The notes below the pieces were generated by a model, which was given only the letters and a program-made list of their open reading frames with translations, was not told the origin of the DNA and ran no database searches. From the IMG/VR virus record IMGVR_UViG_3300030330_002209, positions 1 to 64,000 of that record: DNA of 64,000 nucleotides. One strand, written 5' to 3'. This DNA comes from an uncultured virus (IMG/VR IMGVR_UViG_3300030330_002209) (lineage: Duplodnaviria; Heunggongvirae; Uroviricota; Caudoviricetes). Positions 1 through 8,200 of the stretch are shown piece by piece. Position 1 is the first letter of the stretch; each line of letters starts with the position of its first letter. The translations under genes and the position numbers were made by a program.

Positions 1-461
1 AGCTTAAAGTTTTTACGACCATCACGGTATTTAATGTTTATGAGTTGATCACCCATATAATAGTTAAACTGAATGGTATTCTCAGACTTACCTGTTTGTG
101 GCATAAACTCCTGGCCTTCACCTACACGTAGGTCAGCCAGGGTTTGTTTAGTTATGCCGCGTTGTTCAAACCACTCTTCAACTTTTGTACTAGTAGGTTT
201 AAACTCAACCTGTGGTCGAGCATAAATCTTTTCACTAGCGCCTTTACGTTGATACGTATGTAGTTGAAAACTAGTGTGACAGTTGTGACAGGTACCAAGA
301 CCACGTTCCCAGTCATAAGAAGCGCATTTAGCTTTCTTATTTTCGGGCTTCCTAGTATGAGAACACAAAGGACAAATACCTTGTGTCTTCCCAACTTCTA
401 GGCCATGCTGATTGAACTCATCAATCGCAAATCCATTGATCTCTCTGTCTTGTACGTTCAT
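1..461 (-). CDS. Primase-helicase N-terminal part (duplicate of the start of 62257..63969, truncated by the window edge)
   Basis: ATG at 461 corresponds to 63969; encodes MNVQDREINGF...CPLC...CHNC zinc finger. Confidence 0.9.
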   Translation of the reverse strand, partial: MNVQDREINGFAIDEFNQHGLEVGKTQGICPLCSHTRKPENKKAKCASYDWERGLGTCHNCHTSFQLHTYQRKGASEKIYARPQVEFKPTSTKVEEWFEQRGITKQTLADLRVGEGQEFMPQTGKSENTIQFNYYMGDQLINIKYRDGRKNFK

Positions 462-492
462 ACTAGAATGGTAAGTCTTCTTCTACTTGTTG
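1..492. repeat. Terminal direct repeat, copy 1 (circular overlap with 63509-64000)
   Basis: Ungapped alignment to the window end at offset 63508, with about 29 substitutions counted by eye, mostly synonymous in the primase frame. Confidence 0.95.
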
Positions 493-765
493 TGGGGCTG
501 GAGCTGGTCGATCTTCTCTTGGAGCAGTATCAACGTTGTTGCCATTAGTCCATACAACTTTTACATTGCCAAGATATGTTTTAGGAGCCTTAGCGTCTCT
601 CTCCTCTTTTGATTGCTCAACAACAACAGGGCCTTGATTACCAAACTGATCAGGTTCATCGTTGAGCGTAATCGTGATTGGTAAATACTTGCCTTTCTTA
701 CCGACGTAGATTTTATCTTTCGGTATGTCGTTCAAGTTGATACTTGTTTTAATAATACTTGCCAT
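463..765 (-). CDS. Putative single-stranded DNA-binding protein
   Basis: Small beta-rich protein with a Pro-rich linker and acidic C-terminal EEDLPF tail; lies between the recombination genes and the primase. Confidence 0.7.
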   Translation of the reverse strand: MASIIKTSINLNDIPKDKIYVGKKGKYLPITITLNDEPDQFGNQGPVVVEQSKEERDAKAPKTYLGNVKVVWTNGNNVDTAPREDRPAPAPQQVEEDLPF

Positions 766-933
766 TTAGTAATTATTTATTTGGTTAAACATTCTTCTTA
801 ACTGATCTTTGTTGGCACCAGTAACTCTCCGTAAATTATCTACAGCTTTTACATGACTTTGATTCTTGTAAAAATTGTTTTCAGACGTTTTCATTCCTGT
901 TACGTCACATACTCTAGTTCTTGTTCTAGGCAT
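766..933 (-). CDS. Small hypothetical protein (55 aa, MPRTRTRVCDVTG...)
   Basis: Translated by hand; fills the gap between exonuclease and SSB exactly. Confidence 0.7.
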   Translation of the reverse strand: MPRTRTRVCDVTGMKTSENNFYKNQSHVKAVDNLRRVTGANKDQLRRMFNQINNY

Positions 934-937
934 TGGT

Positions 938-1672
938 TTAAAGGGTTTTAGTTAATAAATGTTGCTTATGATCAAAGTTGTCTGTCTGATAAAACAGCTC
1001 GTACGCATCACAAGCTTTACGCACTTTGTCTTCACCACGACTGTAAAAGTCAGGCGAACAATCGAATAAACCTATTTGATGCGTTTCTTTGTCGATTACA
1101 ATGAATAGCATTTCGTATCCAAACAGGGTTGAGTATATGAAAGCTTGACTGTCATAATTGAACTTGCTAGCTGACCATTGAAACCTATCAATATCGCTAG
1201 TTGTCTTTAGGTCAATAACAAGTTTTTCTTCATGGTTAATTATATCAGCTTTACCTTTCCACATTTGACCGTGGATTTTGCCAACACGTGGCTCTTCATA
1301 CTCTACTTCATTTAATACTGGTTTAATTAAGTCTCTACAAACATCATTGTCCATAATAGCTTCAGTCATAAGTACAGTCTTATCAACTTCGTGCTGTAAT
1401 AAACATAGCTCACCGTCTGATATTTCCTTGTATGCTTTAGTATTACGAGTTGTAGCATCTACTACTTTAAACCTATTGAGCTTATCAGGCTCAAGTATTG
1501 CGGTATGAAAGTAACCGCCAACTAAAAACGCTGGACTACTAGGTTTTGGTTTATGCAAGTCTTTAGGATTTTTAAGCAATACACTTATATCCGAGTTGCT
1601 TAGAAACTGTTTACCAAAGTCACCATAGTAGTGTTCGTCGTCTTTTAGTTTAGTATAAATTTCTTTTGTCAT
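938..1672 (-). CDS. PD-(D/E)XK exonuclease, RecE/DUF3799-like
   Basis: LSNSDI, GGYFHTAILEP, KGKADII, IDLKTT and YDSQAFIY motifs; adjacent to ERF. Confidence 0.85.
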   Translation of the reverse strand: MTKEIYTKLKDDEHYYGDFGKQFLSNSDISVLLKNPKDLHKPKPSSPAFLVGGYFHTAILEPDKLNRFKVVDATTRNTKAYKEISDGELCLLQHEVDKTVLMTEAIMDNDVCRDLIKPVLNEVEYEEPRVGKIHGQMWKGKADIINHEEKLVIDLKTTSDIDRFQWSASKFNYDSQAFIYSTLFGYEMLFIVIDKETHQIGLFDCSPDFYSRGEDKVRKACDAYELFYQTDNFDHKQHLLTKTL

Positions 1673-2214
1673 TAAGCTAGTTGTTTAATTTGTGCTGGCG
1701 TTAATTCATATTTCTTTTTAATAGCATCAACTGATCCGCCGCCTTTTACAAACTCAACAGCTTTTGTCATTTGCTCTTTTGTTATTTTAGTTTTAGTTTT
1801 AGCTTTAACTTGTTGAGCTTTACCGTGTGTATTTGTAGCGTCAGCATCTTCAGTATCGTCAATTAAGAATAAATTACCGAGCGCATATTTTTTAGCATAG
1901 GTAGAAGCTGCGCCAAACTGTTGAGCAGTCTGCATACCTTTTTGTTGAAGATCAACACCAACCACAGCTGTAGCGTGTATTGAATCTTTACCGTCACTTA
2001 TTGTAGCGGTTGTCTGTATCATAGGCATAGGCTCTGCAGCTATTAGCTCTTCTGATACTGTAACATAAATGTTGTGTTGTAATAAAAATGGCTTTACGCC
2101 TTCGAGTATGTCTTCAGCTTTTCGGAAGTAGTATTTTCCAAAGCTATTGTATGAAGACTTTTTAGCTTTTAACTTAGTCTGTACATCAGCTAGTTTTTTA
2201 GTTAGTTCTGTCAT
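1672..2214 (-). CDS. ERF-family ssDNA-annealing recombinase
   Basis: QQFGAASTYAKKYALGNLFLIDDTEDAD matches the ERF signature GsaxTYarRYaL...DxD. Confidence 0.85.
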   Translation of the reverse strand: MTELTKKLADVQTKLKAKKSSYNSFGKYYFRKAEDILEGVKPFLLQHNIYVTVSEELIAAEPMPMIQTTATISDGKDSIHATAVVGVDLQQKGMQTAQQFGAASTYAKKYALGNLFLIDDTEDADATNTHGKAQQVKAKTKTKITKEQMTKAVEFVKGGGSVDAIKKKYELTPAQIKQLA

Positions 2215-2272
2215 TGGTATATTGGTTTAGGTATATATAATTACACGTTAATTAAACTATTTAACAAGTAAC

Positions 2273-3025
2273 TTATAGATAATCAATCACTTGCGAGTGA
2301 TCTAACACTTGTTTTAATTTGTTTATAGCCTGCTTCTTTAGCTGCGAAACACGCACGTAAGAACTAACGCCGCTCATGTTTAAATAATGAGCTATTTCTT
2401 TAGCAGACTGTTTATCACAGTTAATACCGTAGCTTAATCTTATTACGTGATATTCTTTCTCAGTTAAATGTTTCATCATTATACTTATAAGCTTGTAACT
2501 TAAATTTTCTTTTTTCATAGGATCATCAGACTCGTCTGGTATTTGCATAAGCATGTTTTCTTCATCACCTACAGTAGCGTCAATGCTTTGAAATATAGAG
2601 TTGAAGTAAAGCTCTGAGTTTTTGTGGTTTTCAAAGTCACTACGTATTTCATTTAACTTATGCTCAGGTATACGCATACCGCTACGATTAGCATCAGTAG
2701 CACGCCTAATAGCACCACGTATGCGTTTAGCTAAATAAGACTTTATTGTACGTTCAGGATCTTTTGATGCAGCTATTTGTTTCCACTGTATTTTGTCAAC
2801 TGCTTTAATTAAACCAATATGGCCAAATTGTATGCGATCAGACAAAGAAACAACACCATTAGCTGCGTCACTATCTTTAAACTTGCGAGCTATGTTTTCT
2901 ACAAGAGGCATAAACTTAATTATAAGTTCATCTCTTTTGTAATCGTGCCAAACTTTCTTTTCTGGTTGAGATGCTTTAACGTCTTTCTTGTATCTACTAA
3001 AATTATTTTGATTATACTTTTTCAT
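2273..3025 (-). CDS. Phage sigma-70 family RNA polymerase sigma factor
   Basis: Region 2 (LVENIARKF...DRIQFGHIGLIKAVDK) and region 4 HTH (LTEKEYHVIRLSYG...AKEIAHYL...RVSQLKKQAINKLK). Confidence 0.85.
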   Translation of the reverse strand: MKKYNQNNFSRYKKDVKASQPEKKVWHDYKRDELIIKFMPLVENIARKFKDSDAANGVVSLSDRIQFGHIGLIKAVDKIQWKQIAASKDPERTIKSYLAKRIRGAIRRATDANRSGMRIPEHKLNEIRSDFENHKNSELYFNSIFQSIDATVGDEENMLMQIPDESDDPMKKENLSYKLISIMMKHLTEKEYHVIRLSYGINCDKQSAKEIAHYLNMSGVSSYVRVSQLKKQAINKLKQVLDHSQVIDYL

Positions 3026-3650
3026 GTATCTTTTTTAATTCAATATTTAGTAATTCTTTTTCTCTACGTAAGTCATCGCACATAACGCGATATACTGTAC
3101 GGCTAGACACGTCTAGAAGCCCTGCGATGCGTCCTATCGTTATCTTTTTCCCCATGTCATGCATATCTATCATACATTCATAAATGTCGTCAGAGCAGAT
3201 CCTAGGACTTTGACCTATTAGTTGACCAACTATAGATAATTTTTGTTCTTTTGTTAGACCTGTAAATGGTTTAAATATTACTTTACGCAACTTGTTTTTT
3301 GGTGGTCTGTCAAGATCAGACATGCTAACCTCATATACAACTTTGTCTAGTAAACGTTCTGATACGTTGAAACTTACAAAGCCATTTGGCTTGTGTACTA
3401 TATATTCTGCTAGAGCTGTAAAGTCGTCAGGCGTAAGGTTAGGATTTAAATACCACAATACAAGCAAATGCCATTTGAGTGATCGATACGTAGTAATCTT
3501 TGCGGACGATCTAAACAACTCATAGCATTGATGAGTACCGTTTTGAAAGTACATAAATTCTTTTGTATCAATATCAGGTTTATCTGTTGTAGGTAAACGC
3601 CTGTATATCATACGCTTGTTATTGAGGTATGTTAGGTTTCTTTGTGACAT
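3012..3650 (-). CDS. Hypothetical protein with C-terminal HTH
   Basis: KITIGRIAGLLDVSSRTVYR is HTH-like. Confidence 0.7.
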   Translation of the reverse strand: MSQRNLTYLNNKRMIYRRLPTTDKPDIDTKEFMYFQNGTHQCYELFRSSAKITTYRSLKWHLLVLWYLNPNLTPDDFTALAEYIVHKPNGFVSFNVSERLLDKVVYEVSMSDLDRPPKNKLRKVIFKPFTGLTKEQKLSIVGQLIGQSPRICSDDIYECMIDMHDMGKKITIGRIAGLLDVSSRTVYRVMCDDLRREKELLNIELKKIHEKV

Positions 3651-3688
3651 AAGCCTGTTACTATTTATTCTTAGGGGCTGTTGTCACA
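3643..3688. promoter_or_regulatory. TGTGACA-N32-TGTCACA inverted repeat overlapping the start codon of the HTH gene
   Basis: Perfect 7-bp arms extended by AGCC/GGCT; a second copy lies at 10970-11017. Confidence 0.55.
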
Positions 3689-3792
3689 GTCCCTACTGGT
3701 TTTAACGATGCTATAATAATTCTATTTGATTTATCATTAGGATATTTAATCTTATTAAATTCCTTAATTCTTTGTTTTAGTTTTTTATTCAT
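3661..3792 (-). CDS. Small hypothetical protein (43 aa)
   Basis: Translated by hand (MNKKLKQRIKEFNKIKYP...); overlaps the ligase stop. Confidence 0.5.
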   Translation of the reverse strand: MNKKLKQRIKEFNKIKYPNDKSNRIIIASLKPVGTVTTAPKNK

Positions 3793-4672
3793 AATCACGT
3801 ATTGCTTTAAATAGTGGATGTCTGTAGCTGCCAGCTTTAGTACGCTCGAAGTATGTGAACGTAGCCTCTAAGCCAACCCATGACTGCATTTCTTTGAACA
3901 TTGTTTGTAACTTTTTGAAATTATCCATAACTGGCATGCCGAACTTATTGCCATCATTATCGACAGCAACAAACTTGCCAATTGTACCTTTACGTTTGCC
4001 TTTACCTTCAACCCAGTCTACTATTACAGCTTCGGCATCGTGAAAGTCTTTGAACTTACGTAAGCTATGTGAACGCTTACACTGATACACATCGTTTAGA
4101 CGTAGTATAGAGCCTTCAAAGCCAGCATCTAAGTTTCTAGCATGATTAACTTTAGCTTGAGACTCTGTAGGCGTTACAATAGTTTCTACAAATCTAACGC
4201 CGTAAGCATCACGTAAGTGAGATTGACCTGGTACTTGAAATAACTTGTTTAGTTTATGTATACGATCTACAAATGGAGCTGTCTCATCTACAATATCGTA
4301 GCAGTGAAACTGTACAAGTTTACGCGACTCAGCTCTATCAATAGCTGTAGGCTTTGTTTTACGTACGCAAGATATAATCTTTTCAAAGTCATCGCGCAAT
4401 ACATGGTTGTATAGCTCGCCATCGAGTATAATATCAGGATTAGCTTGAAAGAAAGGAAGAAGGCTTTGTAGTATGTGGTTAATGTTTTTCCACTCTTTAC
4501 CTGTGCGTGAATATGCAACAACCTGACGGAACTCCAGTTTGGATATACGCCGTCTTTCGTATTGTATAAGACAACGCACGCCATCAAGCTTTGGTTGCAT
4601 GAACACAGGTTTGGTGTAGTCAATTGGTTTGTCGCTAACAGGATATGCTAACATTGGTTTTTTTCTCATCAT
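3785..4672 (-). CDS. ATP-dependent DNA ligase
   Basis: Motif I QPKLDGVR, ILDGELY, FHCYD, FEGSILR, RKFKDFHDAE, C-terminal OB fold ending YRHPLF. Confidence 0.92.
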   Translation of the reverse strand: MMRKKPMLAYPVSDKPIDYTKPVFMQPKLDGVRCLIQYERRRISKLEFRQVVAYSRTGKEWKNINHILQSLLPFFQANPDIILDGELYNHVLRDDFEKIISCVRKTKPTAIDRAESRKLVQFHCYDIVDETAPFVDRIHKLNKLFQVPGQSHLRDAYGVRFVETIVTPTESQAKVNHARNLDAGFEGSILRLNDVYQCKRSHSLRKFKDFHDAEAVIVDWVEGKGKRKGTIGKFVAVDNDGNKFGMPVMDNFKKLQTMFKEMQSWVGLEATFTYFERTKAGSYRHPLFKAIRDYE

Positions 4673-4917
4673 AATTTATCTAGTTTTTCATTTATTTTAT
4701 CAATATGCTTTTTAATAGTAGCACATTTTTCGTATTCTTCTCTTTCTTCATATAGAGCTGATAGTGTCATTAGCCTAGCTAACTCGCCAAGGTTGTGATC
4801 TTCATCCCTGTCAGCGTAGAACGTAGCTTGATTTTGATCTTGACCAAGACCATATATACGTTTTACCATTTGATCTGCAAGACCATCTATTAGCTTTCTT
4901 AACTGTTCATCTGTCAT
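4669..4917 (-). CDS. Hypothetical protein with C-terminal UVR-like helical hairpin
   Basis: LYEEREEYEKCATIKKHI resembles the UvrB/UvrC motif. Confidence 0.55.
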   Translation of the reverse strand: MTDEQLRKLIDGLADQMVKRIYGLGQDQNQATFYADRDEDHNLGELARLMTLSALYEEREEYEKCATIKKHIDKINEKLDKL

Positions 4918-5365
4918 AAGCGAATTTGTCTTTATATTTATCTATAAGATTACTTGGTTGACCTACAAATATACATTCATTTTCTAAATCAAAAATACTT
5001 AACCACACATCATTTGTTTCATCTTTTGTCCATATATAATATGTGTAGTCATAGTAAGTTTTTCCAGAGTACGGTGTTTCTAAATACACACCATACGCAT
5101 CAATATCATCATTACCATAGTGTATACCTAGCTTTAAATATGTTAACACTTGAGCAGCAAGATCGTCTACACCGTTGTAGTGACGGTTTGGATTATCATA
5201 TTTTGACTTCCTTTCATCACTTATAAACTCTGCCAATACCACACCTAAAAATTCAGGGTAACCATCATAGTGATGGTATATTTGGTGTGTAACTTTTTCT
5301 GGATGCTCGTTAAACGATACACCTGATTCGCGTTCAGCAAATCTAATTAATGCTTTCGTACTCAT
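4907..5365 (-). CDS. Conserved phage hypothetical protein (YxHxDGYP type)
   Basis: IYHHYDGYPEFLG motif; start reassigned to MSTKAL at 5365. Confidence 0.7.
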   Translation of the reverse strand: MSTKALIRFAERESGVSFNEHPEKVTHQIYHHYDGYPEFLGVVLAEFISDERKSKYDNPNRHYNGVDDLAAQVLTYLKLGIHYGNDDIDAYGVYLETPYSGKTYYDYTYYIWTKDETNDVWLSIFDLENECIFVGQPSNLIDKYKDKFAYDR

Positions 5366-5603
5366 AATATTTACTTTGTATTCCGTTAATAATTTCTCTA
5401 CCATTAGCTGTATGGAAGCCATAACTATGCGTATGTAGCGCGTCGATAGGTTTATTTTCTAGTAATAACTGCATTAGTCTAAATGCATCAAAATCTATTT
5501 CATCTGCAATATCGTTAATAGCATTAGCTAAAGCTTCGCAATCATGTCTTGGTTCACTACCTAGCTCTTCTATAATGTAATTTTCTACTTGTTTTCCTGT
5601 CAT
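5343..5603 (-). CDS. Hypothetical protein
   Basis: ORF tiles with its neighbours on the coding strand. Confidence 0.7.
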   Translation of the reverse strand: MTGKQVENYIIEELGSEPRHDCEALANAINDIADEIDFDAFRLMQLLLENKPIDALHTHSYGFHTANGREIINGIQSKYYEYESIN

Positions 5604-5675
5604 TTGTATTTGTTTTTAGATATTCTATAACACTCGTATAGAATATAAATTAAAAATAATATTAGTTTCCACATA

Positions 5676-5921
5676 TTAGTCTAGTAATATCATGTATGCT
5701 GATGGGTTATTTTTTCTAAACCAGTCAAGACCTTTTCTAAGATCATTTACTAATTTATTATTATATCTACCCATTTCATACATAGTGCTAGCACCTATAA
5801 CAAAGTCATACATACTAAGCTCTTCTGCATTTAGGTAGCAACTGTCACCACCAAACCTATTTTGTACTTCGGCACCCTCGGTGTAAACTTCACCGTTGAA
5901 CCACTTTGGTAAACTACTCAT
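5676..5921 (-). CDS. Hypothetical protein
   Basis: ORF tiles with neighbours; ends WFRKNNPSAYMILLD. Confidence 0.75.
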   Translation of the reverse strand: MSSLPKWFNGEVYTEGAEVQNRFGGDSCYLNAEELSMYDFVIGASTMYEMGRYNNKLVNDLRKGLDWFRKNNPSAYMILLD

Positions 5922-5922
5922 A

Positions 5923-6150
5923 TTACCACTGCTTTGCTATAGTATACGCATGGCTAAAATTAGCACTCATTGCTGAGTTCAAATCTGAAACCCACGTACC
6001 GAAGTTAAAATGTCTAGTTGTTTTGTACCAGCCGATACCTTTTAAGTGCATTAGCACTTTACCGTTTTGCACAAAGTATCTAGCGTTATCGCTTTCATAT
6101 ACACCGTCTTTCATATTAGTTTTGGTTTTCTTGGTTATTATCTTCGTCAT
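5923..6150 (-). CDS. Hypothetical protein
   Basis: ORF tiles with neighbours. Confidence 0.65.
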   Translation of the reverse strand: MTKIITKKTKTNMKDGVYESDNARYFVQNGKVLMHLKGIGWYKTTRHFNFGTWVSDLNSAMSANFSHAYTIAKQW

Positions 6151-6490
6151 CTATTATTTCAAACAAGTACTCAACACTACAAGTTATATCTTCAACTAAG
6201 TCATCAGCACTGTCAAAGGTAAATGATTCACAAGTTATTCTGTTATCATAGTCAATACCATAGTCAATGCTATAGTTATCAATCTCATCAAGTGGATAGT
6301 TCATAACAGCAGTTTCAATTGCTTTTGCAACTTGACTAAACTGAAGACCAGTAAGTTTTGGTTTGTTTAAGTTATCTAGCTTTTGCTGCAACTCGTTTAT
6401 TTGGTTTTGATAATTTGTTTGTTCTGTTACTTTTTCACCTAGTAACTTTTGTAAAGCTTCAATCTTTACTTCTAATTCTACTTTTGTCAT
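6116..6490 (-). CDS. Hypothetical protein (coiled-coil N-terminus, acidic C-terminus)
   Basis: Lies directly downstream of the promoter motif copy at 6515-6548. Confidence 0.75.
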   Translation of the reverse strand: MTKVELEVKIEALQKLLGEKVTEQTNYQNQINELQQKLDNLNKPKLTGLQFSQVAKAIETAVMNYPLDEIDNYSIDYGIDYDNRITCESFTFDSADDLVEDITCSVEYLFEIIDDEDNNQENQN

Positions 6491-6514
6491 CTTGGTTTAA
6501 TTTATTTGGTTTAT

Positions 6515-6548
6515 TATATTATCCGTTAGTCATTGTATTTTATTTGTA
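6515..6548 (-). promoter_or_regulatory. 34-bp early promoter-like motif, copy 1
   Basis: Minus strand reads TACA-N7-TACAA-N8-GGATAATATA; one of 7 copies with identical spacing. Confidence 0.75.
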
Positions 6549-6683
6549 AAACACAGAATATACTTTAGCGCCGTTTGACTCAGCCACTAATTCTTTTTTA
6601 GCAACATCTTTAGTTGTTGCTTTTATCTGTGCTTTTGTTTTGTACTTTGGATTTTTGCTGTTTAGCTTTCTCTTTTTGCTCAT
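6540..6683 (-). CDS. Small basic protein (47 aa, MSKKRKLNSKNPKYK...)
   Basis: Translated by hand. Confidence 0.55.
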   Translation of the reverse strand: MSKKRKLNSKNPKYKTKAQIKATTKDVAKKELVAESNGAKVYSVFYK

Positions 6684-6742
6684 ATTTTTCTAAATTTTTA
6701 ATTACATTAGGTTCCCATATAAATATGTCTCTAATTATTTGT

Positions 6743-7012
6743 TTAATCTTCTTCATTTATTTTATTTTGAAATTCACTTATGTTTTTAAGTATATGTGGT
6801 AAACACTCCATGTAGTCTTCATAGAACTCATCTGGATTATCTTCATCTTTACCTATTAGCTCGTATAAACTGTCGTCTATAACTTCAATAGCTCTTTCTG
6901 ATACTATTGATATAATTTCTTCTAAAGAGGACAAACTTGTATTATTTCTAGTGTTTTCCCATCTGTAATCTACAGTGCCGTCGTCTTTGTATATTAGTTT
7001 GTTTTTGCTCAT
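6743..7012 (-). CDS. Hypothetical protein
   Basis: ATGA overlap with the upstream gene. Confidence 0.7.
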   Translation of the reverse strand: MSKNKLIYKDDGTVDYRWENTRNNTSLSSLEEIISIVSERAIEVIDDSLYELIGKDEDNPDEFYEDYMECLPHILKNISEFQNKINEED

Positions 7013-7524
7013 GATAAATTGTATCTATGTCCGTTAATAATTACTTTAATGTCGTCTATTGGTGTAGACTCTGGATTAACAAAGTCACCCCATTCACGCG
7101 CGTCATTATTTATTTTACGCTCTTCTTTCAAACACTTAATAACATAGTCGTTAATTAAGTATGTAGGTTTTTGATAATAGTTTTTTAGTATAAAATTAGC
7201 TAAGTATACTAATCGCTCATCGTAATTAGGTATAAGTATACGCTCTACGTGCTCAAAGTGATAGCCATTTGTACCTGCTGGTTGCTTTTTAGTTTTGTTA
7301 ATTTGATAAGCACTTGAGTTATAATCACTTACATTACGCACATAACCTGATCTGTAGCAAGCAAAACGTAAAGGCTTTGGTATTAAGCTTTGATACATTT
7401 GTTGTATAGGTAGCTCATATACTTGTGTACCGTTTTTCTTTTGTCGTCTTGTTGAGACGTTTTTAATACCGAGCATATCAAACACTTGCAATGCTTCAGT
7501 TGCTGTTGTTACTTTATATTTCAT
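7009..7524 (-). CDS. Hypothetical protein
   Basis: 171-aa ORF directly downstream of the tRNA. Confidence 0.75.
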   Translation of the reverse strand: MKYKVTTATEALQVFDMLGIKNVSTRRQKKNGTQVYELPIQQMYQSLIPKPLRFACYRSGYVRNVSDYNSSAYQINKTKKQPAGTNGYHFEHVERILIPNYDERLVYLANFILKNYYQKPTYLINDYVIKCLKEERKINNDAREWGDFVNPESTPIDDIKVIINGHRYNLS

Positions 7525-7540
7525 ATTTATTTAATTTTAG

Positions 7541-7614
7541 TAGTCGAGACAGGATTCGAACCTGCGACCGTCTGCTTAGAAGGCAGATGCTCTATCCAGC
7601 TGAGCTACTCGACT
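7541..7614 (-). tRNA. tRNA-Arg (anticodon TCT)
   Basis: Cloverleaf AGTCGAG-TA-GCTC AGCTGGATA GAGC-A-TCTGC CTTCTAA GCAGA-CGGTC-GCAGG TTCGAAT CCTGT-CTCGACT-A; CCA not encoded (followed by CTA). Confidence 0.95.
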
Positions 7615-7617
7615 ATA

Positions 7618-7814
7618 AAACGAGGTGGCCAAGTGAGTACACACGGTTTGTTCTCCATATATCGGGCCGGTCCACCGCGCAAGATGAAATAACTTGTTCA
7701 CTGTGGGCTCGCTTCTATATGGATTTTATAAACTTCAACGCGGAAGTTCACCATTAACGAAGTTACATCGCCTCCCCAAGTTATTCCTACACGTCTCACG
7801 CGCCACGCTCGTAT
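7618..7814 (-). ncRNA. Candidate structured ncRNA (~195 nt) immediately upstream of tRNA-Arg
   Basis: GC-rich intergenic segment with nested complementary arms 7621-7629/7802-7811, 7633-7640/7793-7799, 7686-7696/7777-7787 and 7731-7736/7743-7748; G-U wobble extensions work on the minus strand. Confidence 0.6.
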
Positions 7815-7815
7815 A

Positions 7816-8028
7816 TTATCTAAGACAAGTACCGTAACCTTTACGTCTACCTGCTTTATGTAATGCTTTTGCTACTTCTTGAGTAACAATTTGTATTGTG
7901 TTACCAGTTTTATGGTTTATGACTGGAGCTGAAGCCACACGCTCTGTATTACTACAGCTAACACAAGTTTTGTACCCGTATTTTTGCCTAACAGGGTGTA
8001 CGGGCTCACCACATTTACAGTAATTCAT
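7816..8028 (-). CDS. Small zinc-finger protein
   Basis: CKCG...TCVSC. Confidence 0.75.
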   Translation of the reverse strand: MNYCKCGEPVHPVRQKYGYKTCVSCSNTERVASAPVINHKTGNTIQIVTQEVAKALHKAGRRKGYGTCLR

Positions 8029-8062
8029 ATAGTTTAATTTTATTTAATTGGCTTTTGTCATA

Positions 8063-8096
8063 TATATTATCCAATAGTGATTGTATTTAATTTGTA
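8063..8096 (-). promoter_or_regulatory. 34-bp early promoter-like motif, copy 2
   Basis: Plus strand tatattatcc-aatagtga-ttgta-tttaatt-tgta. Confidence 0.75.
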
Positions 8097-8200
8097 ATTA
8101 AAAAATACCAAAGTAACCATATCTTGCAACATTAAACATTATAGATGCTATTATTAGGGTAGCACCACCAACCATTGCTAAATCTGTGTGTTCAAATTTT

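Noticed and set aside
152..394. 80-aa ORF and its twin at 63660..63902
   Set aside because: Alternative frame inside the primase; substitutions between copies are mostly synonymous in the primase frame, not this one
7486..7757. Two plus-strand ORFs
   Set aside because: Antisense to the tRNA and ncRNA candidate; typical tRNA-shadow translations
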